From a virus (Duplodnaviria > Caudoviricetes), in the IMG/VR virus record IMGVR_UViG_3300032167_003270, positions 1-64,000 of that record: DNA of 64,000 bases. The stretch is one strand, 5' to 3'. The notes beneath the pieces were generated by a model. That model saw only the letters and a list, made by a program, of their open reading frames with translations, did no database searches and had not been told where the DNA came from. Shown in pieces: positions 10,894-21,759 of the stretch. Both the position numbers and the translations under genes were made by a program. Positions within the stretch are counted from its first letter, which is position 1. The number at the start of each line of letters is the position of its first letter.

Positions 10894-11436
10894 TTAAAAC
10901 ATAATATATTTCATAGGCACTTCTTTTGTTAAAATTACACCATTTTCTGATTCATAGAATTTATATCCGTCTTCCATCATAGCCTTTGTATTTATAGATA
11001 AAATTACTACATTTCCGTGTCTATTACCTACTTTATTTGCTGTATCAATATCTTTACTTAAATGAACATATTGTCTACTCATAGGTTTTAAACCACCAGA
11101 ATTAGTAATATCTTTAATAAACCTAGATGCTGTTCCGTGATATAATGTGTTTGTATTTGTATATTCCTTAAAATTCAAATCAACTTGGTTTGTAGAATGA
11201 CCTTGATTTGCCCTAATATAAGTATATCCGTCTTTAAATGAATATCTCTGCTTATTATCAGTTGCCACAATGTCTTTTAAAATATTTAAAGTTATATGAT
11301 ATTCTCCTTTATCATTTATTGATTTAATTAAAGTATCACATCTAACATAACCATTAGTATCTAATGTGATACCAATATCTTCTGGTTTATGTCTTAATAT
11401 ATAACTTAAATATTGACTTAATTTTCTTTTATCCAT
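10894..11436 (-). CDS. kptA: RNA 2'-phosphotransferase Tpt1/KptA
   Basis: LS..LSY.LRH, KQRY, IRANQGHS, LYHGT, RQYVHLS and VG.RHG motifs. Confidence 0.93.
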   Translation of the reverse strand: MDKRKLSQYLSYILRHKPEDIGITLDTNGYVRCDTLIKSINDKGEYHITLNILKDIVATDNKQRYSFKDGYTYIRANQGHSTNQVDLNFKEYTNTNTLYHGTASRFIKDITNSGGLKPMSRQYVHLSKDIDTANKVGNRHGNVVILSINTKAMMEDGYKFYESENGVILTKEVPMKYIMF

Positions 11437-11440
11437 TTAT

Positions 11441-11617
11441 TTACCCCTTATCTCTTATTACAAATAATCTTTTATCTCTTGAATATTTTGTTGTCCAACC
11501 ATTATTATAAGTAATAGTTATAAACCAATCATATTCAATTTCTTTTACTGTAAGCCAACCTTGTTCGTGACAATTTACTAAATCGCCTACTTTTAAATCT
11601 CTTGCAAATATATCCAT
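11441..11617 (-). CDS. small hypothetical protein (58 aa, below ORF-track cutoff)
   Basis: MDIFARDLKVGDLVNCHEQGW...RDKG* with AGGAG RBS; fills the gap between neighbouring genes. Confidence 0.6.
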   Translation of the reverse strand: MDIFARDLKVGDLVNCHEQGWLTVKEIEYDWFITITYNNGWTTKYSRDKRLFVIRDKG

Positions 11618-12038
11618 ATAATACTCCTATGATACTTTTAAAAAGGTTTCGTCATCAAAACAATAAATATTTTTATCTAAAGGATTATTATTTCTAATTT
11701 CCCTTAATTCATAATCATTATAAACTACAATACCATCTTCTCCCTCAAAAATAGCATAACATCCAATAGGAAGAGATGTTCCGTCACTAAAATCAATAGA
11801 AGAATCAGTTATATGAACAACAGTATAGTCTTTTCCATTGATAATAATATTTGAACAATTTGCGTAATATCCAGCCCACGCAAATGCGTTTAACTCATTA
11901 TCTGAAATAATATGTTTTATTCCGTTTCTTTCTCTTAATTCTAACATCTTATATTCTCCCATATAAATAAAAATACATCTCACTTATGTTATTATTATAA
12001 CACAGTAAGATGTATTTGTAAACAATTTTTATAATATA

Positions 12039-12629
12039 CTAATAATTTATATAATATCCCAGAACATTTCCATCAGTTCTTTTATGATAATAGTTTTTTA
12101 TATTTGTTATTTTTTTATATCTACCTTTAATATCTTCGTCAATATAATATACAGAATCTCCATTTATATGACTTGATGTATTATCTTCAAAAAAATGACA
12201 TAAAACTTTATTTGATGAAGATGTAACTATATATACATTTTCTCCAATGTCGGCTACAAAGTGGTAATCATATTCAGAAACTCTTATCTCAAAATTTTCT
12301 TTTTCATTTGTTGCATATAAATAATAATATTCAGTATAATCTTCTCCTTTACAAGAATATTGTTTATCTATAATATTAACATATTTTATTTCATAATTAT
12401 TTAAACTTAAAATATTTCTTATTCCATATATAGAACACAATAAACTTACTACAATAAGTAATATTCCAAATAATTTAACTAATCTTTTTTGTAATTTTTC
12501 AAATTTACCATATTTACACCATACTAATAATAATATTCCTATTACTACAAATACAGCAATTAGTATAAATGTAAAAATACAATTTTTTATAAGTATTGAC
12601 TTAATTAACTCATCTGTTATTTCTATCAT
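12039..12629 (-). CDS. membrane protein (2 TM)
   Basis: Two hydrophobic helices in the N-terminal 75 aa. Confidence 0.6.
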   Translation of the reverse strand: MIEITDELIKSILIKNCIFTFILIAVFVVIGILLLVWCKYGKFEKLQKRLVKLFGILLIVVSLLCSIYGIRNILSLNNYEIKYVNIIDKQYSCKGEDYTEYYYLYATNEKENFEIRVSEYDYHFVADIGENVYIVTSSSNKVLCHFFEDNTSSHINGDSVYYIDEDIKGRYKKITNIKNYYHKRTDGNVLGYYINY

Positions 12630-12694
12630 ATTTTTCTCCTATAAGTAAAAATACATCTCACTATTTATTTAGTAAGGTGTATTTTTATAAAATT

Positions 12695-13294
12695 TTATAA
12701 CATTTTTATTTTAGTTTGAATAATTTCTTGAGCATACTTATCAGTTTCAGCATCTTTATCTAAATATTCAATAGATTTATCTAAACTAATTTTAGCAATA
12801 ACTTTACCCTCTTCATTATCACTATTAGTTTTCCAAGCATCTACATACCATTTTTGTTCAATTTCGTCAAAGAAATCACATCTGATTTCTGCCCATTTAC
12901 TTTTTAAAGTAATAATACCATTTTTAGGGTTTGTTACTTTTTTAGGAAATGCTTTATAAATTGCTTTTACCCAAAGTAAATCATAGTTATATAATGCGTC
13001 ACGACTAATTTCATTCATAGTAGATGTAGAACAATTCTTAATTATATCAGTTGTGATATTAGAAATTCCTTGAAATTCATCATAATTTGACCAATCTAAA
13101 ATTAAATCATAATCATATCCATCTAATAATTCTCCACTTTCAAGTAGAGAATACGCATTTTCTACAATTTTATCTTCTTTACCTTGTAGAAATTGATATA
13201 CCTCTTCTGAAATTTCACAATCACAAAGATTATCTAACTTATCTACTACCATTTCTTCTAATGAAGTTCTTATAAAAGACATATTTGTATTCAT
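12695..13294 (-). CDS. hypothetical protein
   Basis: ORF with G-rich RBS directly behind a CTATTTAATTATA motif. Confidence 0.6.
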   Translation of the reverse strand: MNTNMSFIRTSLEEMVVDKLDNLCDCEISEEVYQFLQGKEDKIVENAYSLLESGELLDGYDYDLILDWSNYDEFQGISNITTDIIKNCSTSTMNEISRDALYNYDLLWVKAIYKAFPKKVTNPKNGIITLKSKWAEIRCDFFDEIEQKWYVDAWKTNSDNEEGKVIAKISLDKSIEYLDKDAETDKYAQEIIQTKIKML

Positions 13295-13757
13295 TATAAA
13301 TACCCCCCCTTTTATAATTAAATAGCATTAGATAAACTTAAAATTAACTAATTTAGATTTCTCAAACTTAAAAGAAAATTTTAAAATACCACCATTAGCA
13401 TTAAATTCGTCAATCTTATGTTGTTTTAGAATTTCGTCAACATATCTCTTTGTAAGTTCATACTTTTGTGATTTTGATATATTTTGTTCATCTAAAACTT
13501 CAAAAAAATGTGACATATCTAACATTGTTTTAAAATTAGGTCTAGGATATTCATACATACAATTTATCTCCTTTAAAATCCATTTTTCTGTAAACTTTCA
13601 ATCTTTTCTTTAATTAATTCTTCTGATAAATATTCAAGTTGTCTATCTGCCTCTGATACAATTACAGAATAAATTTTTGCTAAATCCTTAACAGTAAGTG
13701 CTTGTGCCATCCATTCTTGTATCATCTGTTCCATTTCTTCAAAAGTAATTGACATAT

Positions 13758-14345
13758 TTAATTCTCCTTTTCTGTTAATTGTTCAGTTGCTAATTTAAAA
13801 GCCAACATATATAAAGATAGAATACCTGTGGATTTCTTACCTAAATCACAAGCATATTCAAAACAATCACAATCTAATTCGTGTAATTCTTCATATCCCT
13901 TACTACCAATTCCATTTCTGTCTGTAAAATCTTCTAAAATATCATTGATAATATAGTCCATTCTATCTTCTTCATTTGCCCAATCATATTTATTAGAATA
14001 ATCCAATAATTCATATTCGTTAATATACTCTTTTAATTTCTCTCTTGCTAATTCTTCATCATAATAATAAATTGCTCTACTGTGACAATCTATCTTTTCT
14101 TCAAAATAGCCTGTATTATTGACAAAATCAGAGAATTTATCAAAAGTCATATTATTATAATTAGTAGCAATAAGTTCTCCTAAATCTCCTGATATATGTA
14201 ATCGACAATAATCTTCTTCAAATAAAAATCTAATACGATAATTAGAAGAATTAGGATTTTTAAAATCAAGTATTTTAATATTACCATAATCAGTAAAGGT
14301 AGCAATATGATTTTCAAAATTCTTTTTTTCTCTTTCTATATTCAT
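13758..14345 (-). CDS. phage hypothetical protein
   Basis: L.ISGDLG...GYF.EK pattern; AGGAG RBS. Confidence 0.6.
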   Translation of the reverse strand: MNIEREKKNFENHIATFTDYGNIKILDFKNPNSSNYRIRFLFEEDYCRLHISGDLGELIATNYNNMTFDKFSDFVNNTGYFEEKIDCHSRAIYYYDEELAREKLKEYINEYELLDYSNKYDWANEEDRMDYIINDILEDFTDRNGIGSKGYEELHELDCDCFEYACDLGKKSTGILSLYMLAFKLATEQLTEKEN

Positions 14346-15089
14346 AATTACATCTCCTTTGTAATAGATTTTAATTGTAACTTCTCCCTAATCTATTTCT
14401 AATACATTTAATGCAAATGATAATCTATCAGAAATACTAATCATAAAATCAGCATAATGTGCATCTTCTGGTTTTTCTGATAATATTTTATCTACCATTT
14501 TATCTAATTCACGCTTTGCTAATCTAATATCTTCAACACAAGAAATTTCTTCATCTGTTAATATGTATTCTACTCTCTTTTTCATATTTAATCTCCTAAT
14601 TTAATAGTACATAAATGACTACAACTGTCTTTATGTTCTAATTCACAATTATATTTATTATTATATCCAAAATGAAGACCAAATGGTAATTCAGAATCAA
14701 TTTTTAATTTACATACAGACGGAAAATCTTTACAATGAATTGCAAAATCACACTCTTTATACTTTTTTGGTAATTCGTCTACAACAATTTTCATATGTAA
14801 ATACCCCCTATTCCTAAACTTCTTTTTTAATTAAACACTCTGAATAAATACTAGGATTATAAATATCTTCTTTTCTATGCTAAAAAATATCCTCTATTTG
14901 TTGTAAACTCTAATTCTGACTTATAAAAATTTCTAGTAGTTCTAGTAAGTACACCATAACAATCATAAGTTAAATCGACTTTATATAAAGGTTCTTTTGG
15001 ACTATATCCACATTTTTGTTCAAATTCATTTGAAATATCTACAACAGAATGAATTTTAATAATAAAATGTTCTAATAAATTCATAAATA

Positions 15090-15529
15090 TCACTTCCTTA
15101 TATTTGTAATTTGTACTCCATAATAATCTGTAATCTGTGCAAAATTATCATAAATTACTTTTCTCAACTTCTTACCACAATCGTCACACAAATCTATCGT
15201 ACACTCTGTATTATATTCATTTCTTTCCCCACCATAACAAGGTACAGTAGTAGTAATTATTTTGTTTTCTTCTTCAAATTTGTTTTTACAAACATCACAC
15301 TCATAAATAATCTTTGTAATTTTCATAGTTAATCCATCTCCCAATTAAATTTATTTCCACATTTCTTACAATAATTAGGTGCGTCATTATTATCAAAAAC
15401 TCCCCTATCGTGATGAACAATGAACACATCTCCACATTCTTCACATTTATATTTACTTGTACAATCTCCCAAATTTATTATGAATATAGGTTTAATTATA
15501 TACTTTTCTTCTACTATTTTCTTTTTCAT
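15090..15529 (-). CDS. two small zinc-ribbon proteins (15090-15344, 15329-15529)
   Basis: CxxC...CxxC pairs: CDVC/CDDC and CEEC/CKKC. Confidence 0.55.
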
Positions 15530-15647
15530 CTCAACACTCCCTTATTTTTATATTTATTATATCAACCTTTAAATAATTTGTAAATAAAATTTTCAATCAA
15601 ATTATAAAAAAATAAGTTAGTTTATATAAAAACTCCTTTAAATTTAT

Positions 15648-15730
15648 AAAAAAGTTACCTTTATATAGATATATAACATATTTATAAATATAATAAATAC
15701 TACAATATAAATAATATGTTTGCAAAAAAG
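15648..15730 (-). repeat. conserved non-coding element, copy 1 (inverted copy at 61776-61860)
   Basis: Three identical blocks of 22, 15 and 20 bp shared with the reverse complement of 61777-61860. Confidence 0.85.
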
Positions 15731-16009
15731 TAAAAACAGACTTATTATAAATCAATAAATCTGTTTTTGGTTTTAATAATCAGTACAGATACAAATTCCA
15801 TACTTATTCATTTTCATTTCTTTAACATTTCCAACAACATATTCTTTAGAATATAATTTACAAAACTGTTCAGTTGCATCTTCTACTGATGTTGCATAAC
15901 ATAAAGCAACATCGTCAGTATATCTATGACAATCTCCATTCTGTAAATAACCATTCATAGTATTAGGTTTAGAATAAATATATACTTTCAATTCACTATT
16001 CATAATATC

Positions 16010-16480
16010 TTATCCCCAAATACATACCCAAATATCTAAATCAGTATCTTCAAATACATCTTTTACAATAGTTGAAACCTTATCCCACTCAAGTCCATCA
16101 ATTCCACATCCAATTAAAGGCATTGCTAATTTTTTAATATTCTTTTCTAAACAAATTTTCTTCATTTGAATTAAAGAATTTCTTAATGAATCATAAGTAG
16201 GTTTATGATAAACTCTTTCTTTAGTAATAAGATTAAAAGTTCTACCCTCTAAAATAACACTACCATTTATTCTATTATTTGTATAGTATGTTAAATACAT
16301 AGGATATTTTGTTTGTAGTATATTTTTCATATCATATCTACGATTAAATTCAACTACAATTCCAGCACCCATACCAAAATCAGCACTAATACAATGTGCT
16401 AAATAATAATCATTTGGAACAGTAAATAAATCTTTTATTTCTTCTCTATAATTCATATATTTCTCCTTTATAAAAAGCAC
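16010..16480 (-). CDS. macrodomain ADP-ribose hydrolase (TARG1/OARD1/DarG-like)
   Basis: LAHCISAD..MGAGI, FNLITK, KPTY..L and AMP.IGCG.DGL.W motifs. Confidence 0.88.
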   Translation of the reverse strand: MLFIKEKYMNYREEIKDLFTVPNDYYLAHCISADFGMGAGIVVEFNRRYDMKNILQTKYPMYLTYYTNNRINGSVILEGRTFNLITKERVYHKPTYDSLRNSLIQMKKICLEKNIKKLAMPLIGCGIDGLEWDKVSTIVKDVFEDTDLDIWVCIWG

Positions 16481-16509
16481 CCAACCGAAATTGAGTGCTT
16501 ATGTATTAT

Positions 16510-17499
16510 TTACAAGATACTACTCATTAAAGCATTAGCGTCTAATTCAAACTCGCAAATATTAGAACATCTATCTACCAAAGGTGCAGGCATAGAGATA
16601 ATCTGTCCATTTACATTAAGGTTCATAGTACCAATTACTTCAAATCCGTCCTTAATATCAATATTGAAACCTTTATAAGAGAAAGATTTCTTTCCGTCAA
16701 GTACACCCTGTAACCAACGGAGTGACTCAAAAGGTAACATATTAATCTCGTCAAGGACGATTTTCTTACCCTCGACCATAGCCAACCATAAGTCAGACTT
16801 CTGGAACTCTGCCTTACCATCGGAAAATGCGAAATTCTGCATAAGGTCAGCAGGAATCATATCACTAGCACAAATAATTGTATAGTCTGCCTCTGTCTGT
16901 GCCTGTGTAGTCTTACCTGTACCAGGTTCTCCAAAGTATAACTTAAATCTGTTATTGATAGGCTCTACATCATCATTGTGAATAATCTCTAAAATTTGTT
17001 TAAATTCAGGTGACTTAATCTTGTCCTGAATTTCTAATGAATACTGAAAGTCCTGTAACATAAAGTAATTTTTCACATATTCCAAAGGCTTTGAAACTCT
17101 AGCAAGTGTATTCACAAATCTAAAAGACGGAGTAAACTTAAACTCGCTAAAGAACTTAATCAAATTCTCTAATGCTTTCTTCTTTTCTTCTGCTGAATAG
17201 GTCTTTGCCTTATCTGTTGCCTTAACAGTTTTAGTTGTAGATACAGTTGACTTAACATCAGCACACATTCTCTTCTCGGCATCAGCACCCTCAATGCCCA
17301 TCTGTCTATAAATTCTTGCTAACTGACGATTCTTCTCGTCATTTGATACAGAACTCTTACAAATATTATAGATAGTATGTGCAAATCTATAATTAGCATT
17401 AGACTCGTCATAAACTGCCATTGTATCGTCAATAATATTTGTATTGATTGTGTTTGTTCCTCTTACCTTTGCAATACTGTATTTTTCATTAATCTGCAT
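16510..17499 (-). CDS. MoxR/AAA_5-type AAA+ ATPase
   Basis: GEPGTGKT, LDEIN, IGTMN and LVDR motifs. Start moved to MQINEK (GGAGG RBS), because a promoter overlaps the longer ORF-track start. Confidence 0.8.
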   Translation of the reverse strand: MQINEKYSIAKVRGTNTINTNIIDDTMAVYDESNANYRFAHTIYNICKSSVSNDEKNRQLARIYRQMGIEGADAEKRMCADVKSTVSTTKTVKATDKAKTYSAEEKKKALENLIKFFSEFKFTPSFRFVNTLARVSKPLEYVKNYFMLQDFQYSLEIQDKIKSPEFKQILEIIHNDDVEPINNRFKLYFGEPGTGKTTQAQTEADYTIICASDMIPADLMQNFAFSDGKAEFQKSDLWLAMVEGKKIVLDEINMLPFESLRWLQGVLDGKKSFSYKGFNIDIKDGFEVIGTMNLNVNGQIISMPAPLVDRCSNICEFELDANALMSSIL

Positions 17500-17548
17500 A
17501 TCTGTGTCCTCCCACTTATCTAAATGTTTAATTCTCTTAACTGTTATT

Positions 17549-17577
17549 ATTATAACAAAATTATTTGAATTTGTCAA
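17549..17577 (-). promoter_or_regulatory. sigma70/SigA promoter
   Basis: TTGACA-17 bp-TATAAT. Confidence 0.8.
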
Positions 17578-18320
17578 CAATTTTTTAAGTGAAATTTATA
17601 TTTTTAACAGATTATTTTTAATGCTCTTGCTTTTTCTAATTTTTCTTCATATGATAATTGATGTAGTTTTAATACTACTTCTTTTTCATATATTGTGTTT
17701 AAAGTTTCAATAGTATTACCATTTATAGCAATAATTCTACTTGTTTGTATAATAGTTCCGTCTTTTAAGATTAATTTTCCTCTTTGACCTATTATTGGTG
17801 TTTCGTGTATATCACTATAATAAGCCTTTTTCTTATTATTCAAATAAATTCCCCCTTAATCTTTAGACCTAGATTTTAAATAATCTGCAAACTCCATATT
17901 ATTGTGTTCTAAATAATATCCAGGTACTAATTGACCATTATACCATAATTCTGTCTTTTCTTTTAAATCTGTATCTTCAATTTCAATACCTTTAAAATAA
18001 TTGTCTATTTGTTCTATTAGTTGTTTTCCTTTTTCACTAGATAGTGTGCCATTTTCTTTACACATTAACAATAAATCAAAGCCAAACATTCCTAATTGAG
18101 TGTATTTATGAGATAAGGCTATTTCTTCTGGTGTATAAAATGGTGTTTCCACACCATCTGTACCTACAAATACTAGCCCATCTACTAAATTTCCCATTTT
18201 AAAATGTTTTTGTGCCATATTTAATTCTTTTGGCGACCAATCTCTACTCATATTAAACTCCCCCTTATAAAGTAAAATAGACACCTATTATAAGTGCCTA
18301 TTTTTCAATATTATGTAAAC

Positions 18321-18785
18321 TTAAATTATACATTTTCCAAAATTTGGTTTCATTATTTTAATAATATCATTTTTAGAAAAATCTTTTGATGTAGTATAAA
18401 CATAATCTGTTAAAATTCTAAAATCAATACCAATATCCCATAATTGAAAACAAATTGCCATTACACAAGCGTCAATATTACACCCAATAACATCTATTTT
18501 ATCATTTTTATTAAAAATATTTTCTATATTTTTAATACCATAACCATTTTTTAATATAATTTTATCAGCATTAAATTCTAAATCATTTTCAGAACAATGT
18601 AAACAGCGTTCCCAATTTATCTTATCTTTATAATTGTAATTTACTTCTCCATTAAGTGTTTGTGTGAATACTGTTGCATAAATTTCATTATAATCACTTT
18701 CTTTTATAAATGATAAGCAATTTTCATAACCACCATTTTCATCTTTAAATTGTTTTTGAACATCAATTACTAATAATTTTCTCAT
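18321..18785 (-). CDS. isochorismatase/nicotinamidase family cysteine hydrolase
   Basis: LLVIDVQ..F, K..Y and G...DACV (D-K-C triad). Confidence 0.8.
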   Translation of the reverse strand: MRKLLVIDVQKQFKDENGGYENCLSFIKESDYNEIYATVFTQTLNGEVNYNYKDKINWERCLHCSENDLEFNADKIILKNGYGIKNIENIFNKNDKIDVIGCNIDACVMAICFQLWDIGIDFRILTDYVYTTSKDFSKNDIIKIMKPNFGKCII

Positions 18786-19921
18786 TATTCATCTTCTCTC
18801 TTTTTATCAAATGGATTACTTGTAAGTAATTTGACATCATAAATAGATTTAATACGAATAATACCATTTCGTCCAAGTCTATCCATCATAAAACATACAC
18901 CAGTAGGAAAGTTAGTAACTGCTGATACAATAGAATTAACATCAATAGCATTAGATGGGTCAATTTTAGATGTATCAAACTTATCTAAAAATAATTGTGC
19001 CTCATCAATAGACGACTTAAACATAAATTTGGTTGTAATATAGTTTGCAATATTATCTGGGAAATGTGAAATACCCTGTGATGCTAAAATTGTAGCCACA
19101 TTAAGTGAACGACCTAAAACCAAGAACCTATCAATAATAGCACCCATTTCTTTATTACCAAATAACAAGTGAGCCTCATCACAGATTAAAGTTGTAGGAA
19201 TTTTACTATCTTCTGAAAGAATTTCCATTAATTTACTTGTTAATATATATAAAATAACAGAAGTAAATCTTTCATTAGCGTCATAATCTTCGGCTTTCTT
19301 TGTATAATCAGGTAATGATAATCCGTGTAATGAAATTACCATTGAACTTGTTGCTGATAATACTAATGGTTTTACATCAGTTTCTCTAGTAAATAAAAGT
19401 TTACCATATTTATTATCTTCAAACATTTTTAACATAGTACCAACAGTTTGAGCTGCACTACTAGGATTGGCATATAAGTAATCTGCTACATCTTGCATAT
19501 CATAGTAATCTGTACTATTTCTACTTTTAGTAACAAAGTCTGTTACAATAGGTGTAATATCAATAATTGTTTGTTTATCCAATTTACCACACATAATTTC
19601 AATAATTGTCATAAGTGTAGCAGTATCTATTGTAGTTACACTTCCATCTTTATTATATTTCTTTAAAAATTCAAATGGATTTAACGCACCAGGTCTAATT
19701 CTGTTAATATCAATAATTTCAATATTTGGATTTACATTATATAATTTTGAAAAGTCATTTTTAGGGTCTATGGCTATAACTCTTTGCCCCATTCCTAAAC
19801 AATTTGCTGCAAAATTTAATAATGCAAATGTTTTTCCTGAACCTGGAGAACCTACTACAATAGTACCTGGAGCATTATTACACATATGGGCTGTTGTTGG
19901 ACTCCATTTTACTGTACTCAT
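18785..19921 (-). CDS. VirB4-like (ConE/TcpF type) ATPase, C-terminal domain only
   Basis: GSPGSGKT, IDPK.D, LNPF, GL.LP...Y...ER, DEAH and GRSLN...ILASQ motifs. Only 378 aa. Confidence 0.75.
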   Translation of the reverse strand: MSTVKWSPTTAHMCNNAPGTIVVGSPGSGKTFALLNFAANCLGMGQRVIAIDPKNDFSKLYNVNPNIEIIDINRIRPGALNPFEFLKKYNKDGSVTTIDTATLMTIIEIMCGKLDKQTIIDITPIVTDFVTKSRNSTDYYDMQDVADYLYANPSSAAQTVGTMLKMFEDNKYGKLLFTRETDVKPLVLSATSSMVISLHGLSLPDYTKKAEDYDANERFTSVILYILTSKLMEILSEDSKIPTTLICDEAHLLFGNKEMGAIIDRFLVLGRSLNVATILASQGISHFPDNIANYITTKFMFKSSIDEAQLFLDKFDTSKIDPSNAIDVNSIVSAVTNFPTGVCFMMDRLGRNGIIRIKSIYDVKLLTSNPFDKKREDE

Positions 19922-19965
19922 TATTTATACCTCCATACAATATTCTTATAATTAAATAGTGTTTA

Positions 19966-21081
19966 TTACTCTTTATAATTCATAAAGTTTTCTAATTCTG
20001 TATCTTTAATAAATTCATATGATAAAACTGTTTGTATCATCCAAGAAATACTTTCTCTATCACTATATTTTTTAAAATATTTTATCATTTCATTAGTCAC
20101 ATTATCAAATTTATGTAAAAACTCATAAACCTTTTTCTCTTCTTCATTCATTTCATTTATTTCCAAATGTTTATTATCAAAGTCACCAATTTCTCCTATT
20201 ACATAATTCATTTTTTTAAAATCACAAATATCATCATCTTGCACATTTCCAAAAATAGATGCTACTCTAGGAAAAACCTTATCACACTCTAACATTATGA
20301 TAGAGAATGGTAAAAAGGTTAAATCACATTCAGCAATAAGTAAAGACGGTAAAGAAATAACCATATTTCTAATTATAGAAATAGTCTTATCTGACGCATA
20401 ATAAGGAAAAACATAGAGTTGTGGAATATAATCAATTCCCCTAAAATCTTCATTTTCTCCAAAATGTTTAATTGTAATTGCTAATAATGTGTTAATTTCT
20501 CCTAATTGTTCAATATAATAAATACAACCAAATTGCATCCAAAATATAATATTTTCTCTTGCTGCTTGTTCATCATCTAATTGGTTATATTTCTTTAAAT
20601 ATTTAACAAAATATTCGTGTAATCTATCTAAATCATTCCAAGTTGCTAATTTAAGTTTACAATTAGATACAACCATTTTTTGTTTAGAATGTTTTGTATA
20701 ATCCTGTGATAAAATACCAACAGGAACTTTATATTCGTCATAAGCAAATATTCTATTTCTTTGACAATAATCCATTACTTGAATATAACTATTTACATAT
20801 TCATTTAATTCCTTAAAATACTTGTCCGATAAATAAGGAATATATTCCATAGACTGTATTTTATTATCTTTTTCTTGATTACAGTCGTAGCAAAGCATAA
20901 TAAGATTATACATACTATTAGAACCACCTTTATCTAATGGAATAAAATGGTCAACAGTTGCACCATATCCAAAAAATACTTTTCTACCACAATGGCAACA
21001 ACAATCATTTGATTTTCTTGCAATTTTTTGTTTCTCATCTTCTGTAAATCTATCACGATTATAATATTTCATTAGTTTCAT
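19966..21081 (-). CDS. HNH endonuclease domain protein
   Basis: C.HCG...TVDHFIPL.KGG.N...NL...C..CN..K at the N-terminus. Confidence 0.8.
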   Translation of the reverse strand: MKLMKYYNRDRFTEDEKQKIARKSNDCCCHCGRKVFFGYGATVDHFIPLDKGGSNSMYNLIMLCYDCNQEKDNKIQSMEYIPYLSDKYFKELNEYVNSYIQVMDYCQRNRIFAYDEYKVPVGILSQDYTKHSKQKMVVSNCKLKLATWNDLDRLHEYFVKYLKKYNQLDDEQAARENIIFWMQFGCIYYIEQLGEINTLLAITIKHFGENEDFRGIDYIPQLYVFPYYASDKTISIIRNMVISLPSLLIAECDLTFLPFSIIMLECDKVFPRVASIFGNVQDDDICDFKKMNYVIGEIGDFDNKHLEINEMNEEEKKVYEFLHKFDNVTNEMIKYFKKYSDRESISWMIQTVLSYEFIKDTELENFMNYKE

Positions 21082-21759
21082 TTTTATAATTTCCTTTCAG
21101 TTTTTATTATTATATCAATAAGAACTTAAAATGTTTATAAGGACATATCTAAAAGATATGCCCTCGTTGTTTAATCTCTATATTCGTCTAAAATATCTTC
21201 TTCATTTTCTTTTATAAATCTTCTCATACTATCACTTATGTATAAAGCCTTTTCTTTTTCTAATAAAATTTCAGCAATAGTTTCATATAAACTATCCATA
21301 TAAAAACACTCCATATCAGTTATAACAACAAAGTCAGTTGATAATAATAAACAACTTTCTGAATATTCATAATATAGATATTTTCTTGTTGCTAATTTTA
21401 ATTCATATAGTTCTACTCTATCATAATTATATTTAGGCAATTTAATAATTAAATCGTCTTGATATTCTTTTTTATTTTCTATATCCTTAAATACTTTCCA
21501 TTCTTCACTAAATGAATGATAACTACTATCGCCACGCAAATAGCCATTTAAAACACTTTCAAATAACCAGTCAGCACTAACGTCATTTGTTGTAAAAGTT
21601 GAAATTCCACCATCATACTCTTTATCATCTAAATAAAGTTTAATATCGTCATATTCAATTTCTTCATTTATAATTTCTAATTCATCAATTATAAATTTTC
21701 CACTTTTCCAATTAGCCTTTTCGTTAAATTTAAATGATAATTCCATAATGCCTCCTTAT

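Noticed and set aside
11441-11617. ARDLKVGDLV as a Hint fragment
   Set aside because: No block B His, block F or HN; the motif is common in small SH3-like proteins.
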